NCBI RefSeq assembly: GCF_036321535.1
Contig: NC_087451.1
Coordinates: 42,532,001-42,596,000, forward strand
Source of the DNA: Camelus dromedarius
Taxonomy: Eukaryota
Length of the DNA: 64,000 bases
Direction: 5' to 3'
This document shows positions 15,850 to 33,075 of the stretch, one piece after another. A program made the position numbers and the translations under genes. The notes under the pieces were generated by a model. The model had not been told where the DNA came from. It searched no databases and saw only the letters and a list, made by a program, of their open reading frames with translations. Each line of letters begins with the position of its first letter. The first letter of the stretch is position 1.

Positions 15850-18800
15850 ACATTAGCTGACTCGTCAGGTATGAACACACAACACTGGCTAATGGCACAG
15901 GTGACCTTTTGCAAGGCAGTAATAATGTCCAAGGGCATCCTCTATTGGAGGGTAGCTTTTGCATTAGGGACCTGAGGACAGGCTTTGTTCATTATCATTT
16001 AAGGCTTGCTGGGTGTAGTTAGTAAGGGCATCTGTGTGTGCTATAACATCCTCCAGGTCAATGGCAGGAACAAAGACAGTGGCCAAATGATTGTAGTAGT
16101 GGAAAACAGAACGTGCCCACCTGGCCTTGAGGAGAGGGAGGTGGCAGCTTTAGGAACTTGACCTGCTTGTGCCTACCACACGTTTCTGGGGAGGCAGCAC
16201 TGTCAGGCATGAGGAGATGGACAGGAGGCAGGATATTCCAGACCAGGACTCCCACCATCTCCCCTCCTTTAATGATGCAAGTTCTATTCCGAGTATGTTT
16301 CAACATCTAATCTCTCACTGGTTGGGAATGCTGACGGATGCCCCTAGACTCCTTTGGCAGTTGCCTTGGGCACTGTTTAGAACACATAGGTTCTGCATTA
16401 AACAAGTCACCGTATTTCAAGGGCAATCAGGCATCCTTGGCAACCCACCATCCGACCTGGGCTCCACATTGGCTGCTCTTTCTATGCACCCAATCTGCTG
16501 TATCTACTCAAGTGTCAGTTGCTAGGGCTTGTACCCAGGCTAGCGTATCAGCTTCCTGATGGCCAGGGAATGTCAGCACCCTGTGAGCCAGGATGTGGAA
16601 GACAGTGAGGACTGCCTCAGACTCTTGGAGACAAACTCAATTGTCTTTTCACACATCTTGACCCTACAAAGGGCTTATTTATGATCATCTATCCCTCCAC
16701 TTCCCCTTGTCTAAGCCATAAGATTAATCCCTTTAGAACAGCCCAACTGTTAGCGCAAAGGGGTAACAGCTAGGGCTCATGAGTGATGATGATCAGCCAA
16801 ACGGTTCTCAGCTCAGCCCACTGGCTGCTGCAGTTTGTTCCTGTTTCCATCCAGATGGTGTCAGTGTTGGGCAGAATAGCAACTGCAGTCCATGTGGGTC
16901 AGTTGCCCCAGCTACACTCATCTGTACACAAGGCATCATCGGGGATCCACTGCCTGCTCCACCCTACCCCCGCCTCTCCACAGGCAGCAGGGCCCACCAC
17001 AGGTATACAGGCGGGGGCATTTGGAGATCTACATAGTCTTCAGGGCCTATTAGCACTTGAAATTCTAGAGGTAGTGGGCTGGCAGACAGGGTGCCCCTCT
17101 GTTGTAAATAGGCCACTTAGTCAACGAGGGGGTTGAACAATGGCAGAGGTGGGCTGATAGAACATGTACTCAACCCATCCCTTGATAGGAAAAGAATTTC
17201 CTATCATGAAATGCTGTTCCTTCGAGAGAGGCTCTACCTGGTGGAGTGCTGTGCACACTACTGGGAGCTCTGGGGGTAAATCAGGTTTCTATCCCCTTCT
17301 GGAGCTAGGACTAAAATCCTAGGGGTCCTCTCTTCTTCTGCTGTCTCTGCCACCATGCCCAACCCGTCTCTTCCGTAGTCACAGACACATCTAACTCAAA
17401 TGGTAGCCCCACCTGGGAGATGTCCGAAGCTTTGATCTGCTTCATTAGTATTTCGCCTTCTCAAAGGTGGCTTGCTGCTCTGATCCCCCATCCCACATGT
17501 GCCCCCTCTTTACCAGGCCTTGTCAGGGGTGGGGGCACTGTGCCAGGTGGGAATAAAGTCCTCCAAAGCCTCAATCCTCCAAAGGCTTGCTTCCCTTTCA
17601 CATTCTTAGCGGCTGGAGAGGCTTGTACCTTATCAATCACAGCTTCTGTGACAATGTGTGTCTTACCCACACCAAAAACCTTACGGTGGTGCCTGGGCCT
17701 GGAATTTTCTGAGGGTTTGCCACTCAACCTCTCCCTCACAGATGTTCCAGCAAAGCCTGCAGACTGTCCTGCAGCAGAGACAAGTCTTCACATGTCAACA
17801 TTACAGCATCAGTGTAACAGGCCCATCTTACTGATGTGGGGAAGGAGAACAGGGACAGGTCTCGGGCTCCCATCCCATGGCGTGCGGTGGGACTGCACAG
17901 ATAGCGTTAGGGAAGGACTTGAAAGGTCCATTGTTGCCCGTCCCACATGAAGGCAAATTGATCTTGTGACTCAGTGGCCAGGTGCATAGTGAAAAAAGCA
18001 TTTGCTAAATCCAGTACAGCAAGGTACATTCCTAGGACAGCAGCCAAGGCATCAAAGATGGTGGCATCACTGGGCACAGCCACAGGCATGGGGGCACGAC
18101 TTTGTTCAGTTCTCCCTAGTCCATGAGTCATCTGGCTTTTTCTACAGCCATACCGGGCTGTTAAAAGCACTGTGGGCAATTCCCACTCACTACAGTCTTG
18201 GGGTAGTTTCTTCTCTTCCCTTAAGCCCCATCCACCCAGGCAATTCACATTGTTTGACAGTTACCGCTCTTCCCCAGGGGTGGCAGGCTTATTCCCAGTT
18301 GATGTTTCTCCCAATCACTGCTTTGATTACTTAACTAGGGGGCGGAACTCACCGACAGAGGTTTGCAGAGTTTTTGATCTTGTAGGATGTTGATACCCAA
18401 TACGTTCTCTGGTATTGGAGTGATAAAAACCTCATATTCTTGGGGTGTTGGGGGGCAGGGAGAACAACCAATTTGCTGTGTCAAAAGGACCTTCCTTACT
18501 ATAACAATTTACCCTCCATAATTCAGTGGTGCCAAGGGTGCCAGAAAACCTCTGAGGGTGGCCATGTACTAGAGTCCATCGGGCTCCAGTGACCACCAGA
18601 GCTGCCACCTTTTGTTAATTTCTGGAAGATCAGCGAGTAGTGAGCGCAACACGAGGCCTGTGATTGCCCGCAATGGTTCCCACCTGGAGGCAATCTTGGC
18701 CTGCATCCTATACCTGAATGGGTGGGAAGCACCCACCCTGAAAAGGACTGTATCCCTGAGGTCTCTGCTGGAGCAGGAGGGCCATCAGGGATGGTAGGGG

Positions 18801-20050
18801 CAGGTGGGGCAAGTCTAAATTGTTGTTCGAGTTTTAAAGCTTTCTACAGGCCGACCAACACGGTGCCAGATTTCTGGTTTATCTTTTCAAGTGGGGTCCT
18901 GGAAGCAATGAGGTCAAAACACATTTGCTTCCAGGTTACTTTTACCAAATCTTTTACAACCCTTTGGGAGAGCCCTTTGGCTTTTCCAACTCCCTCTCTG
19001 TCTTGGGTCTCTCCCACAGGCCAGGATTTGTTGGTTTCCTCCAAATCAGCAATGGATTGCCCAACATCAGAAATTTCGTGTCCCGTGACTGTGCCTGGCA
19101 TGGATATTGGCCTCTGGTACCAGGTGATGGGAGTGGACTGGATTATCTTGGCTTTCATTCCTGCAGTGAATGTGGCCTGATCAGGGCCTTCAAAGACAGG
19201 GGCACAAATGGCCTGTCTAAGCCTCAACTCCCTAAGAAGTTGTTTTACTTCCTCTATAGATTTCCAGGGTCCTACATGCCCGGAGAGACCCCCACATTGG
19301 GCCAAGCCTTCCTGCAGGCTAGAACAATCCAATCTATAAGGGAGTGAGGACTTTGAACTCCCAAGTCCTATGCAGATGCTACAGGAGGACAAGCTGTGTA
19401 GTGATGTTGCTCACTTTTCTCTGCCCAGTCAGAAGTGCCACCCTCCTGCCCTCATCCCATAGCTACACTAACCATGCTTGGGTACTTTCCCTGGCCTTTT
19501 GCTGGAATTTGGGAGCAGTATCAAGGATCTCAGTGGATGTTTATTCTGCCACCATGAACGTTTCGTGAATTGGGGGCTGACCTGCTGGTTGGGATCGCTG
19601 TTGCTGGGTTTTTGCTTTCCTTTGTATCAGGGATCCGATGGGGGGCTTTGTCTATTTAACCATCAATCACCATAACACCCTCCTCTTCCCTCTCCTTATT
19701 TTCCCAGGGATTCCACCACTTACCATCCATTCAGGCTTTATCACAAGTGCTTGGACCTTAATTCGAGACAGTTTGTGACCTCCTAGTTTTGCAAAATGGC
19801 ATGGTAAGGTCTCCAACTCATCCTGCTTTCCAACCTCGCCTGCCAGCCCCGAAGTTAGTGGAGCAGGGGACATTGCATGTTCTTATATACACTCAGCTCA
19901 TCTTCTGACTTTCTAACTTGAGTTTCAGCCTCTAATTGGGCATCAGTGGCCAGTGACCTGCCCACAGCAGCGACCAGCCAGGTTTGCAGACATTCATCTC
20001 CCATCTCTGCCACGGCACACTGTGCGCAGTTCCTTGAACTAGTGCATTAG
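15850..20050 (-). mobile_element. Degenerate class III (ERV-L-like) provirus internal region: gag-pro-pol remnants
   Basis: Minus-strand remnants in retroviral order: gag (~19900-18850), protease end (VFITPIPENVLGINIL, ~18430), RT (VLDLANAFFT...QDQFAFMWDGQQWTFQVLP, ~18050-17910, with YxDD decayed to YTDA), RNase H end (PGHQEADTLA, ~16560) and integrase zinc-finger region (~16500-16340). Many stops and frameshifts. Confidence 0.85.
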
Positions 20051-20155
20051 ACCAGCCTAAGTTGCCCAGGGTTTCCCATGCAAGTGCCTCTTTCCCAAGG
20101 CCCATTTCTTCAGTCTTCTAGCCAGTTTGCCAACTTTTGATTGGTAAACTGGCTC

Positions 20156-20695
20156 TGTACACAGAGGGCAAAGAGAGATTGAATAAAGAGGCCACTACTC
20201 CAGATTAGTAGGTGGCAGGTTCAATAAGTAAGAGAATTTACATATGAAGCTTGTCCTTGGCAGCCACAAGACAAGTAGATCTCTGCACCAGCCTGCCCAC
20301 CAGAATCTTCAAGTATCTATAGAGCCCTTAAATAGCTTCAGTCATGGATACCGGCCAATTGGTCTCAACAACATATTGCTCTCAAGGCTGTCCTTTTTTT
20401 TTTTTTTTGGTGGGTTTGGGGGAGCACAGGAATTAGGTTTGTTTATTTATTTATCATTATTTTTAAATGGAAGTACTGGAGATTGAACCCAGGACCTCGT
20501 GCATGCTAGGCATGAACTCTACCACTAAGCTATACCCTCCCTGCTAAGGCTGTGTCCTCGAAACAGCTCCCACTGTGGGAATTGTGGGCAGGCTACATTC
20601 CAAGGACAGGGGAACGGCAAAGAGCCTCCAACTGCCCATGTCCAGCTCAAGAGCCAACTGGTGGTTACGTCCTCTAAATGACCTCCTCTAGTAGT
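20156..20695. mobile_element. Probable LTR fragment interrupted by a SINE
   Basis: LTR-like composition; the SINE at 20394-20541 is flanked by an approximate AAGGCTGT duplication. Ends not resolved. Confidence 0.35.
20394..20541 (-). mobile_element. tRNA-derived SINE (camelid-type)
   Basis: Same family as 8331-8416, with the AAATAAACAAACCTAATT tail and poly(A). Confidence 0.85.
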
Positions 20696-21579
20696 GACTC
20701 TGTGGGCATGTGAGACTGTGTGTCCAGATGTTTCAGGGAATTTCCTGACAGCCTTTGCAGTTTGCTTCTTCAAACTGGGTCCTCTCTTTAAAGCCCAATT
20801 TGAGATGTCTCTGCAAGAAGCCTGGTCTCAAGGACTTTGTGGCACTAAAACTCTTCCATCCTTAACTTTAGGGCCAGATCCAGGTTCTGTGGGGCCAGAG
20901 GCTTATACATTTTAGGGAGACCTCTTTAGGAATACAAAAAGACCACAACATTAAGTATAAAAGTGAGCATTCATTTAGTTAGGAAAATACACCACAGCAT
21001 ATTATTGGAATCTTGTTCCCCTCTCTTTTGGGACCTCCATGGACAATTTACCTGAAATATTTCCTGATGGCAACCGGGCTTCGCTCCCCTCTGAGACTAC
21101 AATTCCATCCTCTCCAGCACTTATTAGCCTCACCGTAAACCCTTGCCACTGTCTCCCATCCTCACCCCTATCCTCTGCCAGCTCTACTGAGTTCACACTC
21201 AGAGCTCTCCCTCTCCTCCTCTCTCCGAAATACCGGTGTATCACTGCTTCTGGGTGATGTGGAGAGCACTGCACGGGAGCCATGACATATGGCCTCTGTC
21301 CCTACCTCCCTACATGCCCTTGGAACATACAGGATCTCAATTTTTCCATCTGTGAAATGGGGACATGGACAGAGTTGTCCTGTGACCTCCCACAGAAGGA
21401 TCCTAAACTGGGAGAGCGCCAGGAGGGCTCTGGGGACGCCGAGTCCTAATTTAAGGGCTACTCTATAACCCCTCTCCGTCCCCATGTCCCCATGCTTTAT
21501 TAGCAAGGAAAGTCAGGTGTTAGTTCTGCCTTTGCCACTGTTTCCTAGGAGATCTGGATCTCTTTTCTCAGAGCCTGAA

Positions 21580-25570
<3,991 letters not shown>

Positions 25571-25876
25571 CTGACAATGAGTTCTCTGTGGGGCCACATT
25601 GGCCCCTGAAGTGGACAAGAGATCCAGCAGTGAGGACAGATGGGGGCCTTGAAGCTCACCCTAGCTTGAGCCTAGAGGGCTCTGAGCTAAGCAGGACAGG
25701 GCAGGGCTGGGCCTGCTGGACACAGAAGACTACCCGGCTTGCTGGTGTTTGACTGACACTGACGATGTGGCTCTGGGAGGAGCAGGCCTCCCCTGGTGTT
25801 CCATCCTCACTCTTTCACAGGTCTGTGGTACCCATGGTGGGCTGGGGCCAGGGCAAACACTGAAGCTTGTAACAGA

Positions 25877-25882
25877 ATTAAA
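25877..25882 (+). terminator. COASY polyadenylation signal (ATTAAA variant)
   Basis: ATTAAA about 310 nt after the stop; no AATAAA seen nearer. Confidence 0.55.
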
Positions 25883-26269
25883 GCTGAATGTTACCAGGTC
25901 CTGCCTGTATGGTGTCTGCTTCCTGCTCCAGTACCTCTGGTTATCTTTGCGACCCTTGAGCCCCAAGTACAGGGCTCAGGCCTAAGCTGGAAGCCGGGGG
26001 TGCAGTGGCTAAGAGCATGGCTTTTGCCATGCTAGTCAGACTGAGGCCAGCCTTGCCCCTACTGACTAGCTGTGTGCTTCTGGACAAGTTCTGGACTTTA
26101 CAGGTACCTCGGTTTCCTTATCTACAAAGAATAACTTGGCTAACAGGCTCTTTGAAAACGTTGTTCCACAAGTATCCTGCCAGACTCTGGGCTAGGTGTT
26201 GGAGGAGCAGCCTTCAACAAGCCACGCTGGGCCACTGGCCTCACAGAGCTTGCAGCCCCGCAGGATCGG

Positions 26270-26680
26270 ACAGGGTGGCCAGGACTCAAGTCCGGGAAAC
26301 TCGCCCCGGCAGCCAGCCGGCAGTGCGCGTGCGCGCAACTATCTGCGACATTGCAGAAAAGCCTTTTGAGGAGATACACGTTTCACAAAATGTGCTTCAT
26401 GTGGCAACGGCAGGGACACCAACCCTGAGAGAGGGCGAGGACGGACGCGGAAGACGGCCCCGAGACCGCCGTCAACAGCGGTGACGCCCGGCCGGACCCC
26501 TCTCCACCGGCTGGGGGCGGGGGTATTGAGTGTCCTTCGGACTGCGCAAGCTCAGTACTCCGCCCCGCCCTCCGCCTCTGAACCGCGGGTTGGTGGGTTT
26601 GGATCACGTGGGTGCGCCTTGCCTCTTCCTCGCCGCAGGGGGCCCGCCCGCGGGCAGGTTTCCGGTTCGGTGGGTCGGAG
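26270..26680 (+). promoter_or_regulatory. MLX CpG-island promoter
   Basis: NRF1-like TGCGCGTGCGCGCA (26324-26337), GC box CCGCCCCGCCC (~26560-26570), E-box CACGTG (26605-26610). Confidence 0.65.
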
Positions 26681-29600
26681 ATGACGGAGCCGGGCGCCTC
26701 TCCAGAGGACCCCTGGGTCAAGGCAAGCCCCGTGGGCGCGCACGCCGGCGAGGGGAGGGCGGGTCGGGCTCGTGCACGTAGGGGGTCCGGAAGACGAGGG
26801 GACTCCCTGCAGTCCCTAGAGCTCCCCCCGCTCTCCGGGCCCCGGGGCTGCAGAGAAGACAGCTCTCACCCGGCGTGTGCCAAGGTGGGAAGACAACTGA
26901 GGCGTGTGCGGGCGGGTGTGAGGGGATGGGGCTGGGGGGTTGCGGGGGTGGAGGGAGCGGACGGCATCCTGCCGAGGGTCAGCGCTCCTGCGGCCTAGCC
27001 AGTCTTGGCTCTGGGGAAATCCTGCAATAGCCCGCGCAGCCCAGATGTGTGTGTGTGTTTTGTGTGTGTGCGCGCGCGCGCGTGCGTGCGTGCGTGCGTG
27101 TATGTGTACACCCGCGCGCAGGGCCAGAGGTCTGACGGGCTTCTCCCTTGCTCGGTGCCGCAGGTGGAGTATGCCTACAGCGACAACAGCCTGGACCCCG
27201 GTGAGTGCCTCCCCCACCGTCTTCGGCTCTGGAGGGAGGGACACTCCCACTTCAGCCTTACAGATCAGCGTGGCCTTGCCAGCCACACCTGAGCAGTCCA
27301 CTGTCCCTGAGCTGAGCGGTTCTGAGCAGCAAGCTGGAGGACAGGGGCAGGAAGCATCAAAGGGTGACACCTAGTTCTCTCTGCCCTGGAGCAGGGAAGT
27401 GATGGTAGTAGTGACAGCTGGCCACTCACCATCATCACGTCCAGATGCCACTTTGTGAGCCAGGAGATATAAGTGCAGGCCCGTGGAGCAGTGTAGACAC
27501 TAGGGGCGAGAGTATTGTGGCATGGCACGACAGGAAGTGGGTGCCCAGTTTGGCTGGCTTTTGGGTTGAGGGGAGAAGTCAGCATTTAAGGCTTAGGAAG
27601 CCATTGTGCCTACAGATATCCGAGAGCCTAGCAGTGCCCCCTTCCCCTCTCCCTGAAACTACCTCTTAGTGATTGGGGCCTCTCTTTTTCAGGGCTTTTT
27701 GTAGAAAGCACCCGCAAGGGGAGTGTAGTGTCCAGAGCTAATAGCATCGGTTCCACCAGTGCCTCTTCTGTCCCCAACACAGGTAGGCAGCAACATCCTC
27801 CTAACCTGGGGGACCAACTATGCCATCGTTCTAGGATCTTTCCTAGGCAGGGCAGTTCCAGCCATCCACATGGGGGCGCTGGAGCCCTAGTGCTAGATGC
27901 AGGGTCTCCATCTTTCACCTCATCTAGGTTATTAGGTTCTTGTATTCATCTGCCATCCCTGGGTACGAGGTTCTTCAAACCAGCTGGGAAAAGTGGGCTA
28001 GCTGGGCCCCACAGGACCCCAGAATGACCTCTTCCTGCTCCTAACTCCGAGGGTAGACGACGAGGACAGCGATTACCACCAGGAATCTTACAAGGAGTCC
28101 TACAAGGACCGGCGGCGGCGAGCACACACGCAGGCCGAGCAGAAGAGGAGGGATGCCATCAAGGTGACTGGGGAGGCCTGCACCTCAGGCAGCACAGGGA
28201 GGCCCTGCGCACTTTAGATCCACTCTGCCCTGACCCTGTCAGGCAGTCCCAAGCAGGCTTGGGGGCAGCTAGTCTAGGCCCTGGACATAAACATCTATCT
28301 CCCTCCTTCCCTGCTGGCCCCTTTGAGTGTGTGAGCATAGAACTTTGTGTCACGGAAGAAAAGCTTTGTGCCCATTTGCCTTAATCCTCAGTTAAGGAAC
28401 CTCTGTTTCCCCTGCTCTCTCCACAGAGAGGCTATGATGACCTCCAGACCATCGTCCCCACCTGCCAGCAGCAGGACTTCTCCATTGGCTCCCAAAAGCT
28501 CAGCAAGGCCATCGTTCTGCAGAAGAGTATGGCCAGGAGAGCACTGGAGGGGTTGGAGCCCAGGGGGCTGTGAGAAGGCTGGCACCTTATACTTGCTTTC
28601 AGCCTGGCCCTGGTGGGGTGGCTGTAATGAGAGAGGTGGGGTCTGGGGGACAGAGAAACAAAATAAGCTTTGTTCTTCTGGTTAAGTCTTCCTCTGTGCT
28701 TATCCACTCTTCCCACCTCCACCCCAGCCATTGACTACATCCAGTTTTTGCATAAGGAGAAGAAAAAGCAGGAGGAGGAGGTGTCCACACTACGCAAGGA
28801 CGTCATGGCCCTAAAGATCATGAAAGTGTAAGGGGGATGCTGGGCTGGGGGAACCAGTGCTTCTTAGGGGACTGTGGGGCCAACCTCAGTTCACACCCTC
28901 CCCTTTGTTCAAAGGCCACATCAAATAATACTGCCACTCCCTCAGGTGGCCACTTAAGAGGCAGGACTCTGCCTCCAAATATTGCAGATACTCTGGAAAT
29001 GCTTGTTGGGTTAATGAAAGGAAGGTTGGAGAGGGTAGGTCACCACTTCGGACCAAGAAGCAGTACCTACATCTCTGGGAATCCCCTTCCCCAGGGAGTA
29101 CGAGTAAGGCTGTTTCTCCTCCTGGGCCAGTAGAGCTGCTGCGGCCCCTTAGCCCTTGCTCGCTTTCAGGAACTATGAGCAGATTGTGAAGGCACACCAG
29201 GACAACCCCCATGAGGGGGAGGACCAGGTCTCTGACCAGGTTAAGTTCAACGTGTTTCAAGGCATCATGGACTCCCTCTTCCAGTCCTTCAATGCCTCCA
29301 TCTCCGTGGCCAGCTTCCAGGAGCTGTCGGCTTGTGTCTTCAGCTGGATAGAGGAGCACTGTAAGCCTCAGGTATGGGGCAGCAGCAGGCGCAGGGTTAG
29401 GGTGTGTGTGTTGGGGGGGGGGGGTCTTCCCTCTCCCCTCAGGCAAAGTGGCCCAAGCCATTGTTTGTTCAGAGATAGGGCAGCAGCTTTTAGGTTTCTT
29501 GAGGGTATTTCTACAAGTCTGTATTCTTGTTTCCCTCTTTGCTTTCTAACCCAGATTTTCCTGTTAAGGTTTCATTTGGCAAGAATGGTTTGAGCACTCA

Positions 29601-32348
29601 CTCATGTAAGGCCTGGCTCTTGGCCTTTGTTTAGCATCGTGGCCACCTCAGGCCCTCCTCGTTTGCCCAGCTTGTAAGCCCTGATCACTTGCAGCAGACT
29701 TCCTTGGGGTTTGTGGAAAGATTCCTGGCCCCTAACCACAGGCTCGCTAAAGGACTTTTCCTCCAGGTTTCTGATTATTTGTGATAGAGGGTGTGTTAAT
29801 GGTTGCACTGAGTCTTCTGCTTTTGAGGCTTGGTTACTTTTTCTGAGACTTGTAGCTGAGATTTTTTTGTTTCCTAACATTTTTCTAAATATAGTTTTTA
29901 AAGGTTACACTCCATTTACAGTAATTACAAAATATTGGCTATATTCCCTGTGTTGTACAATACATCCCTGTGGCGTGTCTTGCACTCAGTAGTTTGTACC
30001 TCCCACTTCTCCACCTCTATGTCGCCCCTCCTCCCCTGCTGGTAACCACTAGTTTATTCTCTGTATCTGTGAGTCTGCTTCTTTTTTGTTATATTCACTA
30101 GTTTGTTGTATTTTTTAGATTCCACATGTAAGTAAAATCATACAGTGTTTGTCTTTCTGTGTCTGCCACTTAGCATAATGTCCTGCAAGTCCATCCATGT
30201 TGCTGCAAATGGCAAATTTCGTTCCTTTTGATGGCTGACTGGTGTTACAGTGTCTGTGTATGTGCATACTGCTTTATCCATTCGTCTGTTGATGGACACC
30301 TAGATTGCTTCTGTATCTTGGCAATTGTAAATAATGCTGATAGGAATGTTGGGATGCATGTATCATTTAGAATTAGTGTTTTTGTTGTTTTTTTTTTGGA
30401 TNNNNNNNNNNNNNNNNNNNNNNNNNNNNNNNNNNNNNNNNNNNNNNNNNNNNNNNNNNNNNNNNNNNNNNNNNNNNNNNNNNNNNNNNNNNNNNNNNNN
30501 NNNNNNNNNNNNNNNNNNNNNNNNNNNNNNNNNNNNNNNNNNNNNNNNNNNNNNNNNNNNNNNNNNNNNNNNNNNNNNNNNNNNNNNNNNNNNNNNNNNN
30601 NNNNNNNNNNNNNNNNNNNNNNNNNNNNNNNNNNNNNNNNNNNNNNNNNNNNNNNNNNNNNNNNNNNNNNNNNNNNNNNNNNNNNNNNNNNNNNNNNNNN
30701 NNNNNNNNNNNNNNNNTTTTAATCAAGTTTTTTTCTTGATGTTGAGTTATATAAGTTGTTTATATATGTTGGATATTAATCNNNNNNNNNNNNNNNNNNN
30801 NNNNNNNNNNNNNNNNNNNNNNNNNNNNNNNNNNNNNNNNNNNNNNNNNNNNNNNNNNNNNNNNNNNNNNNNNNNNNNNNNNNNNNNNNNNNNNNNNNNN
30901 NNNNNNNNNNNNNNNNNNNNNNNNNNAGGGAATGGATCCAAAAAATATTGCTATGACTTATGTCAAAGGGTGTTCTGGCGAGGTTTCCTCTAGGAGTTTT
31001 ATAGTATCCAGGCTTAACGTTTAGGTCTTTAATCAATTTTGAGTTTATTTTTGTATGTGATGTTAGAGTGTTCTAATTTCATTCTTTTACATGTCGCTGT
31101 CCAGTTTTCCCAGCACCATTTTTTGAGGAGACTGGCTTTTCTCCATTGCATATTCTTGCCTCTTTTGTCGTAGATTAATTGACCATAAGTGCATGGTTTT
31201 TACTTGTGGGCTCGCTATCCTGTTCCATTGATCTATGGGTCTTGTTTTTTGCACCAGTACCATACTGTTGTGATTACTATAGCTTTGTAGTGTAGTCTGA
31301 AGCCAGGGACCGTGATTCCTCCAGCTTTGCTCTTCTTAAAGACTGTTCTGGCTACTCAGGATCTTTTGTGTTTCCATACAAATTTGTAAATGATTTGTTC
31401 TAGTTCTGTGAAAAAAATACCATTGGAATTTTGAATGGGATTGCATTGAATCTGTAGATTACCTTGGGTAGTATGGTCATTTTAACAATGTTAATTTTTC
31501 CAATCTAAGAACACAGTATATCTTTCCATCCCTTTGTGTCATACTGTTTCATCAGTATCTTACAGTTTTTGGAGTACAGGACTTTTGCTTCCTTAGGTAG
31601 GTTTATTCCTACGTTTTTTATTCTTTTTGCTGCCGTGTTAAATGGGACTGTTCCTTTATCTCTGATACTTCTTCATTGTTCGTGTATAGAAATGCAACAG
31701 GTTTCTGTGTATTAACTTTGTATCCTGCAACTTTACCAAATTCACTGATTAGGCCCAACACTTTTCTGGTGCCATCTTTAGGATTTTCTATGTATAGTAT
31801 CACGTCACCTGCAAACAGTGAGTTTTACTTCTTCCTTTCCAATTCGGATTCCTTTTGTTGCCTTTTCTTCTCGGGCAGCTGTGGCTAAGACTTCTAAAAC
31901 TGTGTTGAATAAAAGTGGCCAGAGTGGGCATCTTTTTCTTATTCCTGATCATCCTTTTCTTGTTCCTTTCCAACTTTTTTATTGTGAAACACTTTAAACA
32001 TACTGTAGCATTGAGAGAATTTTACAGTGAACACTCATATCCTCCCCAACACCTAAATTCTCACATTAACCTTTTTTGTATTTGCTTTATCACGTAGCTG
32101 TGCATCTCTCCATCCCTGACTCCATCCTGTTCTAGGGGCATTGCAAAGTAAGCTGTAGACATCAGTGCTTCCCAGGGGCTTTTTTTTTTTTTTTAACTGT
32201 AACCTAAAGAGCACACCTGGCCTGGGCAGGTGTCACTGAGCAGCTCCATGCCCTGAGCATCATCTCTCTCTTCCTCTGCTGCCCCTGCCAGACCCTACGG
32301 GAGATTGTGATTGGCGTCCTGCACCAATTGAAGAACCAGCTTTACTGA
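26681..32348 (+). CDS. MLX: Max-like protein X, bHLH-ZIP (beta isoform 244 aa; gamma isoform with longer exon 1)
   Basis: Exons 26681-26722 (GC donor; gamma donor after 26884), 27164-27200, 27693-27782, 28057-28163, 28427-28526, 28728-28827, 29170-29371 and 32292-32348; 735 nt for beta. Basic region [17 protein letters not shown]; C-terminus LHQLKNQLY. Confidence 0.96.
27046..27111. repeat. (TG)n-(CG)n-(TGCG)n alternating purine-pyrimidine microsatellite
   Basis: Uninterrupted alternation over 27061-27110, including (CG)6 and (TGCG)4. Confidence 0.9.
29865..31935 (-). mobile_element. 5'-truncated LINE-1 (ORF2 3' part plus 3'UTR) in MLX intron 7
   Basis: Minus-strand ORF2 remnants ([10 protein letters not shown]...[21 protein letters not shown]; MIKDLNVKP) and an L1 3'UTR toward 29870; two N-runs inside. 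Confidence 0.85.
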
Positions 32349-33069
32349 CCGGCTCTTGGAACCTGCAGAACAGCCAGCAAGAGGCCTTGAGTCTCCTACT
32401 TGGCCATGGAGCCACTGGGCTTATGAGACTGGACTGTGACACCATACACCAGTCAGCTGCTTTCTCCTTGGTATTTGGCTTCCCAGCTCCCACTGACCCC
32501 ACCACAGCCCCATCTTCAATGGGGCTGTGGTGTTTTTATTATGAAAGCTTTGATTAATTTATTATATTGACCATAGATCTCAAACCTACCTAGTCTTCCC
32601 CTCTCCTCATAAAAGTCCTTGGGATTGGTGTCTGCTCTGGGCAACCCAAAGAGCTCCTGGCTTCTCCCCTTTTTCTAAGCCTCAGATTTCTGCTCATATA
32701 TGGCAACTACTGTTTGCCTGTTTTGGTCTCTCGGGCAACATTTAGCCCAAATTTGGCCATTTGGGCAGTAGGTGGTTGGGAAGAAAGGAGTAAGAGGAGA
32801 TACTCCCCACAGTCACGAAGGGGAAAGGTTGCTTCATGCCTAGGCTAGGGTTGCCTGGTCAGCCCAAGGTGAGGCCAGAGTTTTCGCTGGCCAGCTCAGG
32901 GTAGGGCTGCCAGGTTCCTGCCCTCATCTCCTACTCCACTGCCTCCCCTTCTTTTCTACTCTGGGCTGTAGAGGGAAGCAGACTACCCCCCACACCTGCC
33001 CTCTCTGTCCCCACAGGCAGTAGCACTGCACAGCAAAGCCGAGTGGCACAGCACTACATATTAAATGTT

Positions 33070-33075
33070 TTTATT
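33070..33075 (-). terminator. PSMC3IP polyadenylation signal (candidate)
   Basis: AATAAA on the minus strand about 600 nt past the PSMC3IP stop. Confidence 0.55.
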
